Origin: Massalongia carnosa
Lineage: Eukaryota
Assembly: GCA_965645245.1 (NCBI GenBank)
Contig: OZ287075.1
Location: forward strand, 2,170,001 to 2,234,000
Direction of reading: 5' to 3'
Length of the DNA stretch: 64,000 nucleotides
In this document: positions 24,979 to 37,559 of the stretch, one piece after another
Numbering within the stretch: the stretch's first letter is position 1
Layout of the letters: the number at the start of each line of letters is the position of its first letter
Notes under the pieces: generated by a model
Database searches by the model: none
Told to the model about the DNA's origin: nothing
Seen by the model: the letters and a program-made list of their open reading frames with translations, nothing else
Translations under genes and position numbers: made by a program

Positions 24979-25865
24979 TATTGGAATACTCGCTTAGCCC
25001 CATTAGTTCTAGCTCAGCCCTGCAGGCTGCCATACTGCTATAAGCAGTCACCTCTGTAGTAATTTCAACATTATGCCGTCAACTGTTTATTTAACAGGTT
25101 ATGAGTCCCGGGTTTGTGCTTCGCCCCTCCGACGGCATCCTTCATGCATAGACTACGTACTATCATGTCGTATCAAGAAGATGATGAGGTGAAAGTTCAG
25201 ACGTGGAAAGCGCGAAAACGGAGCGGAAACGACATCGAAAGGGATGAGAAACGAAGCGGAAACGAAGCGGAAACGTCATCGAAAGTAGTGTACGTACGAA
25301 ACGTGCTGAGGAGGACATCTACAATGGGCGGTGCCTCGAAGACTTCACATCTTGCATTACTGGTCAGATCAGCAAGGGGAGATAAAAGCCCTGCGATCAG
25401 GCCACCAACGTCAATGGTCTGCGGGAAAATGTCTAATAGAGACATCAAGAAAAGCCCTGCTCAGGCCATCAACAAAACACGTCCATAGTACTCTTCCCAT
25501 CCACCTATACACTCACAAAAGCTACGTTTCGAGAGATGGTTATGGGTTTAATGAGGCTACAAAGCAGGACAACAAAAGACATAAGAAAGAACTACGTGCT
25601 TAAGGGAAATGGAGTCAGAGGGAGCTAGATTCGTTCCGCAAGGGGAGCGAATCGGACACAGCTGGATGAATCACTTCGCAAGGGGAGTGATAAAAGCTGG
25701 ATAGTTTCAATTTTGGAGGCGAAAGGGGAGCCACGCTCGAAGGGGAGTGTTGGAATACTCGCTTAGCCCCATTAGTTCTAGCTCAGCCCTGCAGGCTGCT
25801 ATACTGCTATAAGCAGTCACCTCTGTAGTAATTTCAACATTATGCCGTCAACTGTTTATTTAACA
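24979..25865 (+). mobile_element. TRIM-like non-autonomous LTR element; 118-bp LTRs (24979-25096, 25748-25865), TSD TATTG
   Basis: Near-identical LTRs, PBS GGTTATGAGTCCC at 25097, PPT AAGGGGAG, 651-bp interior without recognisable retroelement domains. Confidence 0.9.
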
Positions 25866-25880
25866 TATTGCTCTCTCGTT

Positions 25881-26050
25881 TGTGACGAAGCGAGATAGTG
25901 AATAGATTTCTACCATTGCGCCACCTGTCCTCCCGACCAAAAGGCACAAAACTTAGTCCGCAGAGCAAGCTCTATTCTACTATAACTAGGACTCCTGCTA
26001 TGTTCGCTATAGGTCCTGCCGTCCGCACCACGCTTGGTCGAACCGTTACA
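25881..26050 (+). mobile_element. Solo LTR family 1, TSD TCGTT
   Basis: TGTGACG...GTTACA with TCGTT on both sides. Confidence 0.9.
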
Positions 26051-26527
26051 TCGTTTATGTGCTTATCGAACTTTTTCGGCCTTTGTTTGTTGATCCCTTC
26101 GTTGTTCGAGAAGTTCTCCTTTTTCGACTTCCGAAACGGCCCCATTTACAAATTTTGCTATTATTTGTGTAAGTTTATCCGAATAACGGGATTAAATTAT
26201 AATGTCTGCGGCTACTGTATTTAATTGTCTAACAGTTCTAGGGGTCTCTTGTATTGATTAAATCGACGAAGGTGGGTAGTTTCGCGGGGGGATGGTAAAC
26301 TCTCACTGATCTTTTGAAGAACCATCTCTAGATTATATGAATTAGGCCAGTATATCTCTATGCAGACGTGATCGTTGTTGATTTGAAGGCCTTTACCCGA
26401 AAGATGACAATATGTGCTTCACATGAAATTTTTTTTGAAATTATCTCGTTTACGTTTAAGAATTTAAGTGAGAAATTAAATTACAATTGATTTTGATAAA
26501 ATTTTTTATCTAATGTTATGATAACAC

Positions 26528-26637
26528 TGTGACGAAGCGAGATGGTGAATAGATTTCTACCATTGCGCCACCTGTCCTTCCCGACCAAAAGGCACAATAT
26601 TTAGTCCGCAGACCAAGCTCTGTTCTATTATAACTGG
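26528..26637 (+). mobile_element. Truncated solo LTR family 1 (first 110 bp only)
   Basis: Matches family 1 up to TAACTGG and then switches to family 2. The remainder is not found downstream. Confidence 0.85.
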
Positions 26638-27318
26638 TGTCACGATTCTACTCGGCACGACCTCGGCACCGCCTAGGGCAATCGTTGATGGAAAATGCAG
26701 GCACTTTGGATTTCGTTCCCGCAGCTACTAGAAGATTCCATGACGACTATATCACATGGGTAATAGCGCAGAAGAGGATATATAGGAGCAGGTTCTGGTT
26801 GTCGATTGTCTTTTTCCTTCTTCATCTTGATTGTGTTCGTTTCTAGTGTCCCTATGACTTGTGTCAGGGGAAGGCTGGAGAGATACAAGACTCTATCTTG
26901 CAGAACGGATATCTAGATATGCTAAAACTAGAAGTTGAGAATAATACACAAGACGTCCGATGAAGAGCTCTAAACACCTGGGAAACCACATAGACTTTAT
27001 AGCCATGGCTTTCAACTCTCCTATTCTCGACTTGCCCCATCTCTGTTCCTATACTAATTTCCTTAACATGATTGCTTTGACCTATCCCGCCTTTATCTGT
27101 GCTGAAGCACTCTCAGTCATAACCCTGGATAGTAGAGACGTTGAGATTGGAATACGGATTGTAGGAGATTGATAGTGCGCTGAGGGTAGCAGAAGAACGC
27201 CTGAGCACGATGGGTGAGGTTTCACAGCAATGGGCCCTGTTAAATACTAATCCGATCAGGACAAGCGGGAGGGTGCGAAGCGATTCCGTGACAACTTGTC
27301 TCTAGGTAGATCATAACA
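26638..27318 (+). mobile_element. Solo LTR family 2 without matching TSD, interrupted by a family 3 solo LTR
   Basis: TGTCACG...CATAACA with flanks ACTGG and TGAAC. Confidence 0.8.
26862..27293. mobile_element. Solo LTR family 3 (432 bp), TSD ACTTG
   Basis: TGTCA...TGACA ends, ACTTG at 26857 and 27294. Confidence 0.8.
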
Positions 27319-27471
27319 TGAACGACTTGACTTATTTATTGATTCATGTGAAATTCTTCTCTTTTATCAGTTATCTGCATATAAAGAACACGAATAATCA
27401 ATCAAGATCTAACGATTCAGAATAAGATAAGACTTGAGAAATGTTGAATATTCAAATCTTATTAATACAAT

Positions 27472-30400
27472 TACGCCGCGGAATGGGTTGGGTTGGGTTA
27501 TCGTTGGGTTACCCAACAGAAAAAATCTGCGAGTGTAAATGATGACTACTAGCAACTACCACAAAACACGAATGCAATATTTTTCACATGAGTTAGGATT
27601 TTCAATCATTGTAGATTTAATTTAATGACTATCACAAAGTAAAATGTAGATTATAGATAAAACATTTATTTCGTTGACGTCGAACTACCCTAAAGACTAT
27701 CACAAATTCATATGCTATCTTCTATCGAATATCGAAGTATGTCGCCCATTCATCGCTTCCTATTCAAAACTCGTAAAGATAGTCTCTCGCCATCTCTTCC
27801 TTTACTCTCCACCTTCATGTCACCCCCACCCTCTCCACCCCCCCCCTCCTCTACCTCATCCTCCACCACACCCTCCTCCTCCTCCTCCTCCTCCACCTCA
27901 TCCACTACACCCTCTTCCTCCTCCTCCTCCTCCACGTCATCCACCACAACCTCCTCTATCATACCCTCCTTCACCTCCTCGCTTGATGTAAGCCTACCCC
28001 TTCTTGTGCGCGTTGCAATCCTCTTATTCCCATCGCGTTGCTCGGAAATGGAGTTTCTGTTATTGTAAGTTCGTTTCTTACTTTTCTGTAGAATAATTAG
28101 CTCAAGAAGACACGAAAGTAAGTGACTCGATGCTTACATCTCGCGCTGAGACCTGCTCAACCTGCGATGACCCGATCTGCGTTAACTGGTCCTCGTCATT
28201 GTTAGCGTCTTCTTCATCACTAATGTAGACCTTCTGAAAAACCTGTGTTAGGTCTTCATGTCGCCTTTGCATCTCATTAGTCAAATCCTCAAGACTCATG
28301 CTTTCTTCTTCTTCCAAATCTACGTGTAAACTTGCATCTGCATTCTCCTTCTGATCGTAGAAACGAACTATCATCATCGCGGAGAATGTATCCGGATGAA
28401 AATTCTTGCGATGATCGTAAAGGGCTCCCGCAACGCTAAAAACGCGCTCACATCCAACGCTAGCGGCTGGTACAGGAAGGATGTCCCTGGCAACTATACC
28501 CATTTGTGGAAATTCCGGCTCGAGATATTTCCACTGTTGTAGAATGGGACCCGAACGATCATGCATCGCTGTATATTGTAAATAAGTTGAACACAATGAG
28601 AAAAGACCTGATTTAATGTATCAGTTAACGTACCTCGCTGACGATAGCAGTTGAACTCGTCATCTAGAGCGAGCGGAGTAGCATTATTCGTACTCAGAAG
28701 AAGATCCAGATTATTCAAGTCTCGAATGACCGCGACATTACGCCCGCGTACTTGTGAGGTTTGAGAATTCTCGTAGATATCGAATTCCGCTTCCAGAGAT
28801 TGCCAATATTGATCTTCCCATCGACTTTCCCCATAGGGCGCATCCCAATTGGGACCCTTGAAAATTAGGTCCTTCTTATTGGGAGATAGCAATGCCGCCT
28901 TTCCATATAGATAACCTAATGACCCCTGAGTTTTAGAATAGTATTGACGTAATTTCATTGCAGCCGCCTCGATGCCATTCAATAGCGCACGTTTCCACGA
29001 TACTCGCTTACGAGATAATCTTGCGCGAGCTTGATCCAGATGATCGAACAGCTTATTGTAGATCTCGAACACCTGATGAATGGTCGGTTGCTTTGATTGA
29101 CCAAGCATCTTTGTGAAGACGCAGAATAGCTTCGTTAAATCGATAAGATATTCTATCTGTGACCATTCCACGTCGAGCAATTTCAAATACTCGGCTTCAT
29201 GTTTATCATGATATCTATTCAGCGCTTGTCGCAACTTGAGCGCTCGAATTAACATGTGACATGTGGAGTCCCATCGAGTATTTACATCTTGAAAAAGCTT
29301 AAGTACTGTACCGCTGACCGAGTTTCCAGTGCGTCTCTCTTCGTCATTCAATGCTCGTTAAACAGCGTAGAAGTTCTCCTTACGTAAATTGCTACTGTTA
29401 ATGTAAACAGCTAATGCTCGAACCTAATCGAAATTTAGAACGACTCCCACAACGACTACCACAAAATAAATCTTGCCTTAGCTAGCGTAAGGGGAACTCC
29501 AGGTGTCGGGTTTTCGAAATCCCGTCTATCTTGCTTATCATCCCAGCTAGTTTTGAAATCGGCATTTTTGGGATTAATGTGAATACACCCAAGTAGCTGT
29601 TTCACGGCAAGTTGAATTACATGCGATAAACAAGGCACTCGCTGTATCTCATTAGCATCAGTGTGTAGAAGTGCCAAGGCTCGATTGCTTCGTATCATTC
29701 GTCGCAACTCATCTACCATCGTTGTGTTATTAGATGCACTGTCCGTGGTTAATGCCAAAACACGATCTTCAATAGAATGTCTGATTAAAACGCTGTTCAA
29801 TACTTCAGCAAGTTTTATTCCCGTGTGTGAGCCTTCAACATGTTCGAAGGCAAGAAGCACTTCGTGATAATTCCATTTATCGTCAATGAAGTAAGCATTG
29901 ATGGCCAGATAACCTTGACGATTAAATGACGACCAACAATCCAAAGCCAGAGTGACCTTTGAACTACCCCTAGGTAGCCTCTCGAGTAAAAGCGGAATAA
30001 TCTCTTGACTCCGGGTCATCAAGCGATTCTTGATTGTCGATGGTGAAAAAAACTGTACATTATCGAGCAGACAGTTGAACGCTCTTTGCAATTCGACATT
30101 GGCGACACTTCGTAACGGTAGCCCAAGAGCAACAATCATACGAAGCAATTGAGGCGTGAAATCATCCTTTTTTAGTCTACGCCCGTTGAGAGTTAAGGCC
30201 TCTTGTCTTTTTGCTTCAATCTAATATTGATTAGCAAAGCACGTAATGTGGTAGTCATTTTGGTAGTCATACTTCGGCACGATATCCAACCTTTAAGGAA
30301 AGTTGCTTCATTCCTTTCAATGTCGACGTCTTTTTACAGGACTCGGAATTTAAGTGATTAGTCATGCTGTTATTTCCGGAGCCCAGTGAGGGATGAGTCA

Positions 30401-31278
30401 AGACCAGGGAGCATCGTGAGCAGATTATTTTGGGATTACCATCGCCCACAGTGGCGCCTTCCTGAAACTCTTTCCATTCCGCCGCCTTTCTTTTGGTCGA
30501 TCCCCAATCGATCTTCTTCATCGCCTTTCTACTCTTCTCTTCATTAGCAAAATGCCATCTCGTACTTCGCCACCATTCCATAAACTCCTCGCTCTTCTCG
30601 GCCACATATGCGTAGCATCTGGTGGGTTTGCCCACAACTTGAAGATCGTATATCTCTGAATCCATCATGTGCGAGCTGCTCATTGTTGCGAATGACCAGG
30701 ATTGTATATATAGGATGTAGCAGTAGGAATATAGCAGTAGGAATGTAACTCTATTGACAAGATTATGCTGCGATAAAGCATTAATAACTACGTTTACGTT
30801 CTAAAAACTCAGTCAAATCCAACGCATGCATACATATTCCACCTAAACTAGCCAACCCAACCTAGTCATACTGAACCTAACCCATACCTAACCTAACCTA
30901 GTTGCCACGCGCGACCACTGATAACCTGTCTGCTTGCCTATTTGCTTTTAGATATGACACCGAAGACTCCGCGCAAGCGTACGCGCAAACCTGCGCGAAT
31001 TCCAAACCGAACACTCGACAGAATACCCGGACCAGGTGCCAGAACTGGTGCGATAAGAAAACCAACCACCAGGAAGAGTATGCCTGGTGGTAAGTAGATG
31101 GTATAGTTGAGAATACATAAGATACTAACGCCGATCGCCACGTTGATAAGTCAAGGTTATTGATTACCATTACTAAGCATGTGATTTGGGTAACCCAATG
31201 AAAACCCAACCCGAACCCAACCCAACCCAACAATAACCCAACCCGAACCCAACCCAACCCAACCCATTCCGCGGCGTA
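27472..31278 (-). mobile_element. hAT DNA transposon, TIR TACGCCGCGGAATGGGTTGGGTTGGGTT, 8-bp TSD AATACAAT
   Basis: Perfect terminal inverted repeats, TSD at 27464 and 31279, (AACCC)n subterminal repeats. Confidence 0.95.
27750..30683 (-). CDS. hAT transposase (multi-exon; possibly defective)
   Basis: BED-like CSRC..MTNHLNS, LALDCWSS, LTTDSASNN, CLSHVIQL, DVNTRWDST and the dimerisation motif VPAASVGCERVFS. An acidic poly-E stretch at the 3' end may be the C-terminal exon. Confidence 0.8.
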
Positions 31279-31499
31279 AATACAATGAAAACTTACTAGT
31301 TCAATAAACCTAAAATCTAAAAAATCGTAGATGCCGCACTAGACCTAGTTTCAAGATAAGATAAAGATTATCTCGTTTAATAAAAGATGATCTGTAGTAA
31401 AATAAAGACTGTTGTATAATATTCTTCGTTTTTAATATAAAGATCATACATACACTTATTATTTTATTATGATAATAATGTATTCATACTCCGATATTG

Positions 31500-32110
31500 T
31501 CATTGGCCGTAGGCCGGCCTATGCGGGCAAAGCTATCTAAGTTATGTTACATGGAAACCCTTTTTGAGGTGTAAAAACCATATATCTTGATACCTGTCCG
31601 ATGTGACACCGGGTCGACGTCCGAAAGGACACGCAGAGCGAAAATCATATGAGAACTATGACGCCTCGTGAGATAAGAAGGAAAAGAGAAGTGAAACTAC
31701 TGTTAATTGTACAATATTGTAGATGCCAGTGAGAATTGGGTCAGTAGAACTGTTTCATTAGCCAAGTAGTTAATATCTTTAGAGTTTTTGATGTTTCGGT
31801 CAGCTGTTGATTGTTGTTCGTGCCAGCGGCGTAAAACATCTGTTCTCTATTGTCAATAAGTCTACAGAACATAATTACGTGTTCTGGAGTTTATCTGTGC
31901 CAGCCACATTGGCAGGCCGGTGAGGTGACGGCGGGGACCCGTCGCTGGTAGAGGAAGTCAGCTAGACCGATCTTACCTGTGCGGATCTGTGTTGTTAGGG
32001 CGCTTTCTGCCTTTTTTAGCAGCGTGTGTATTTTCAGTCGTTTTATGCTCAGTGAGACTGATTGCGCTATCAAGGGTTCGGTAACGCGATTTTAATATGC
32101 GCTCCACGAG
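31500..32110 (-). mobile_element. Decayed LINE 3' fragment
   Basis: KKAESALTTQIRTGKIGLADFL..ACQCGWHR*TPEHVIMFC, homologous to ORF 6764-7537. Confidence 0.75.
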
Positions 32111-32527
32111 TCGTTCCAGACTTTCAGCTGTCGTGCTTTAATTATCTGCATTTGTTTTTAACGAGCCAACGCTGCTACGGAGACTTCACGGAGATGCGCT
32201 GGGGAGGTCGGACAATGGTGGGTACTTGTTATTTTATAATTATATAATCATAGTCATATATCTATTTCAATTTAATCAAACCCCGTTACGATGTAATAAA
32301 ATGTAATATTTTATAAATTATGATTTTGAAATTTTTTTAATAAACTCTATTTTCTGACTTAATCAGGTTTTTTTCGTCAACTAATTTTCAATTCTCGAAT
32401 TTATTTGTAAATATTTCAGATTTAATTTCATTGTTTTATCTTCTACGTTATAATTTGCGGTTTCAAAGTCTTCATCTCGATCAAGGGCGCCTACTCACTG
32501 ATTTGCAATCGTTTTCAGCGATTCCTA

Positions 32528-34428
32528 TTATGTTTTCAATAGAGCATCCTGTATGCCCTGATCGATATCCACCCAGAGGTAGAAACCCACCGCGATGAGC
32601 ATAAGTAGGGCGTTCGGAATCATCGGGAATCTCAAGTTGTGAGTGCGATTCTGAATAACACCCTGCACCAGCGGGCTGATCCACCCCGTGGCCAGGTCGA
32701 GCGTAATTTCCAGGCCGAAGAACTGTGCTTCGCGGCCGCGTGGCAGCATCGAGCTGTAAACGACGCGGTTCAGCGACCGCAGCGCTGAACTCGTGCTCAG
32801 AAACAGCACCTGCTCGATCCAGAATTCTGGCCGATGCTTGTAGCCAATTGGCACCCGCCCGTTGATACCCAATGCGCCCCAGAGAACGCAAGTTATGTTA
32901 ATGGCAAGGAAGCCGTACGCCCATGACTTGACCTTGATCCCTGCGCGTGGAAATAAGTACATCCACAAGAGGCTACCCATGGACGCGAAGATGATGGCGG
33001 TGAAGGTCCAAGTGGTATACTCCCCATCGGATTGGCCGAGGCCAAGCGTTTCGCGGAATAATAAGGACAGGACGGAGTTGTGGGCGCTGTAGGCCGTATT
33101 CCACAGGATCCACCCGATGCACAGCTTGAACGCTTCCGGGTAATTTTGGACTGATTTGAGGAGCGAGAAGACTGCCACTGGGATTTAGACAGTGCGACTT
33201 GAAGTCGAGTAAGTACTTACACCTTTTGACGGATAACGTGAGTAGGTTTTGTCCTTCGCGTTGTTTGCCCGGAACCGAGGGAATAACGAAACCTCCTATC
33301 GTTCCAAACACAACGGTCAAACCACCGGCAATGGTAATGGCAAGTAAGAAGCTAGTGATCTATTTAGCATCTCGACCGCTTTTTGTTTCAGGCACAGTGG
33401 CTTACTTGTGATATCCGGTTACCGCAGCTCGTCCTCTTGTATTTGTGATGATTAGTCCAATCAAAAGAGCCGTCAGGCTGCCCACATTGCTGACGAACAA
33501 GCCGAGGACGCTCACGCGCACGCCTTTGTTGAATGCTTCGCTGTTCTCGGTCTTCTCGAGAGCACCACTATCTGCTGTGGACTGGACAGCCTCGATGGCC
33601 TCCACAGCGCGCCCATGCTTCAGCCGTGACCGCTGCTGATACCAACCAGACGCGCGCATAAACAGCGGGATAAATGAGGCTTCCATGGTACCGTACGCGC
33701 CTTGAATGGTCGTCATCAAGCAGAAAAGCACGGATGATGTGGTCAGCACCGAGTATGACTTGTGTGTTAACGCTGCAAACGGAAGTGCCAAAGCACCAAA
33801 CAGCACGATGGTCAGTAACATGAACGATTTGCGATAATCTTAAACACATTAATTAATGCTCTACGGATTCCCCTGAATCAATAATTCAAAACTTACGAGA
33901 GTAATCGGCTATTCCGGAGAGGAAGATAGTAAGAATCCCTTCACACGCTCGAGCAACGGCTTGAAGATAGAGGCTTCACCGTCATCCAAATTAGCAATTC
34001 AGTCTTTCATCCTTAGATCGGCAGGAAACGCACACATAGCTATTGTAATCAATATCTCCGGAACCGAACCGGACCACGCACCGCACAGCGCCACGGGTGG
34101 CACATTTCTTGGAGGTTCCAGGTTGATGGCCGAGGATGTTTGCCATTGCCTGAAGCGAAATCGGTATGTAAGTCGAAACCATTGAGCTTGTAGGTCCTGT
34201 CTACATTTCATTTAGTCAAGGAATTGAAACACTGTCGAATAGCGAGCTAACCGAGTAACATAACAAAAGCCATGAAAAAAACGCTTTTTTAGAGCTCAAC
34301 GGGCCTTCAACTTCCGTCAAATCGTCCGAGTGGACCTTTCTTGGAGACATTAGAACCGCTTCCTCGGTGAGAGTTGAGTCGGGAATGTTTGATGAGAGCG
34401 ACCTAGTCGAAATGTCAATTGTCCGCAA
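32528..34428 (-). CDS. Atg22-like MFS transporter (vacuolar efflux family), multi-exon, start uncertain
   Basis: AFFSWLLLCYS, STYIPISLQ..CVVRFG..IDYNSY, GIADYS..RKSFML and SSMLPRGREAQFFGLEITLD. Multiple hydrophobic segments; GT-AG introns between the ORF pieces. Confidence 0.75.
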
Positions 34429-34975
34429 AGTTTTGAGAACATGTCCGTTTGGTATTCTACTTGAAGAACGAGGTACTTACATGAGTCCCGTTGTCTCAAT
34501 AACAATATCGTCAATAAATAAACCTTACAATAGGATTCTATAGATCGTCGACGTTGTCAGAGTGTTTCGCTTCGATCCTGTCGTCTGATGTCGTGAATCA
34601 GACTTGCGTAAAAGCGACGGGATGCTTAAGACCCAGGCAAGAGAAATAATCAATGCAGATGCCCGAAGATACCCAGATCCGCACTCACACAGTCACGTTA
34701 TAAACATGAAAGGCCTCGTCGTGTGGTGATAGCCAAGCAATGACGATTTGCGCAGAAATGAGCAAGTTTGATATCAGATCGTCCTTGATCGCAAGTCTGG
34801 GTTAGTAACGCGCTTGATTGCCTCATTGACGTGTGCGCATATTCACGCAAGTTTGAGGTCATCATTCTTGTTTGATCACATACGTCACATTCTCGATGAT
34901 CAGTCTCGTATCGATCATGACGCGCTTGAATCCGCTCCCTTGCGATGAGACCTTCCGCTCACCTCAAAAGCGGCG

Positions 34976-36648
34976 ATGCAGAAGCTGAAGCAAGCAAAAG
35001 AAAACAACGTCGACATCATGAAAACTGTGATTTCTCAATCAGATTTGACAAAGGTGGAAAGTGGTCTGGACAAAAAACAGAATTTGTCGTTATCACATCC
35101 CTACAGCGCCTTTTCGAGCCGGCGGAGAACTTTTGTTCTTCTCCTGGTCACAGTCGCCGGTTTCTTCGGGCCGCTTTCTGGGGGAATCTACCTTCCGGCA
35201 CTAAATGTGCTAGCCAAAGACTTCCATGTTTCGAACACGTTGATCAACGTGACTGTCGCCGTGTTTATGTTGGTCTTCGCCATCGGTGTGAGTGTCACAA
35301 TCCTCCAAACAGGCGTCTGAGCTGACGGAATCTTCACTGATGCTTGATAGCCGTTGCTGTGGGCTGGCTTCTCGGATTATCGCGGGCGACGGCCTTTATA
35401 TATTGTATCCTTCGCCGTATTCATCATTGCCAACGTTGCCCTCGCCACAATCCCAGCTCGCTATGGCGCGTTAGTAGGCTTGCGGATGCTCCAGGCTTTC
35501 GGCTCCTGCAGTGTTGCATCACTCGGGGCGGGCACGGTGGCGGACTTGATCGAGCCTAAGAACCGAGCATTTGCAATGTCGGTATTTTTGCTTGGTCCAC
35601 AATTGGGCCCACTTCTTGGTCCGGTGTTGGGGGGCATTTTTGCAGGACAAACGTCATGGAGATGGATATTTGGCTTCTTAGGCGAGCACAAAGCGAATGT
35701 CCATGCGACGAAATATTGACTGATGATTCACAGCGATCGCCAGTTTCATTCTATGGGTATTGATCATTTTCTGTCATCCAGAGACACTAAGATCGCGCGT
35801 CGGGAACGGAGCAGACTATGCAGGCAAGGCCTGGTTTAGCTGGCCGCCGACCTTTCAAAGTGGTATCGCTGAGAAACGTGACCCCACTTCCACGATGCCG
35901 ACGCCTAAGGTTTTCTTTCAGCTGTTTTGCTACCCACCTATCGGCATTGTTTCGGTCAACACGGCCATCTTGTTTTCCAGCTACTACTGTATTGGAATCA
36001 CGCAACCCCGAATTCTGGCCGATCGATATGGCTGGTCGACAACTAAGGTTGGCTTGAGTTACCTAGCTTCAGGTAAGTCTGGTTCACATTACTCAAGTGA
36101 GAGGTCGTCATGACTCAATGCGAGATAAAGGTACCGCGATGATCATAGGGTCTATGACGGGTGGGCGATTCTCTGATTGGAATCGAGCCAAGGCCATCAA
36201 GGCGTCTGTGACAGGAACGGTCAACGTCGAGAGGCGGCTTGGGGATCAGATCTGGGGGGTTTTGATGTGCTCGGCAGGGAATTTGATGTACGGATGGTGT
36301 TGTCAACACCGCATCCATCCCGCCTCCGTCCTCATTGCGACCTTTTTCGCCGGGTTTGGATTAACTTGGGTCTTCGTCACTTCAACTAGTTTCCTGACCG
36401 AGTGCGAGCCCACCCGAGCAGCTGGTGTATTCGCGCTGGGGGGCCTCTTGCGCAATCCTGCCGCAGCATTGGCAGCAGTGATCATCGAGCCCCTCGTGGA
36501 AAGAATGGGTCTAGGATGGTGCTTCACAGGTCTCTCTGTCATCGACTTGGTGATTGTCGGAGGAGGGGTGATTCTCCTGAAAGCGAAGAGTTCAACATGG
36601 CGCACAAAACGTGATCTTAACAATGAATCGGACATGATTAATCGATAG
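34976..36648 (+). CDS. DHA1-family MFS transporter, DTR1-like (3 introns)
   Basis: GFFGPLSGGIYLPAL, WAGFSDYRGRRPLY, LGAGTVADL, GPLLGPVLGG, WRWIFGFL and PETLR. DTR1 orthology is inferred from linkage to DIT1/DIT2. Confidence 0.8.
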
Positions 36649-37559
36649 AAAAGATGCTTTATTTTATCTCCTTCATCTACTGTCATACTACAACTTTACG
36701 GTCACCTAGTCATATTGCTCGTAATTCGCCTCACAACTAGTCGAATCCCGTTATCTGATTGAGAAATCGTTCCCTCGTTAACCCGCTTGACCCGATCGAC
36801 CCGGAATATTTTTATATCAGGTTTAAACGTGTTTTTTAGACGTTTTGAACACATTTAAAATTCTGAAAATACTGAAAATTAGTCGTTGTCAGGACCTGCC
36901 ATAGAGACTACGGAGAAGGATACGGAAAAGGGGCATCAGCATGGACTGGACCCTTGAGCAAGTGGTAGATAGATAGATACCTTAATGCCGGGCGAACTGA
37001 GCCATGAGTAGGTAAGTAGATGCTTTGCGTTCTTCGAAGTTGTCGGCTGTATAATTCTTCCAGTGGATCTTTATGTGCCTGGCTAGCGTCGAATCTCGAG
37101 GTTTGATTGGTTAGTCATAGTCTTGAGATTCTTGTTGATTAAACAGGAAGAGACATTTGATCAGAACTGGATGAACCTGTGACTGGGACTTGATACGGGT
37201 TTTGGGATAGAGTAGGAGAACATGAATGAAAAGATATATAAAAGTACAGCGCCTGCAATCAAGTCATTTTCATTGATTGGATTCCCCGATTTTATTGTCT
37301 GCATTTGTGATCCTCGAGGGATTCGTTCTCTGGGCTATGGAGTAAATCCCGAGCGACCTTGGGGCTCATTCCGATTTCCGGCTTCACGGTTCCCGAACCA
37401 CCGCCTCGATCATGCTATCAATTGCGATTTCGCCTTTCTACGGCGTTGGCGGCGAGATCCTAACGATGCGCAGCCCAGCGCTTTTCAGAACTTCTTTTCA
37501 CTGTGTCTCGCTTCGTTCCATGTCCGAAAAAATTATCATTGAGATATTGAACCCGACGA

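Noticed and set aside
27674..28068. Pro-rich and Ser-rich plus-strand ORFs as genes
   Set aside because: Alternative frames of a (CCT)n low-complexity tract inside the hAT.
31190..31270. Telomeric repeat
   Set aside because: The unit is AACCC rather than TTAGGG/CCCTAA and is part of the hAT termini.
36887..37181. Possible solo LTR beginning TGTCAGG
   Set aside because: No matching TSD, clean CA end or second copy seen.
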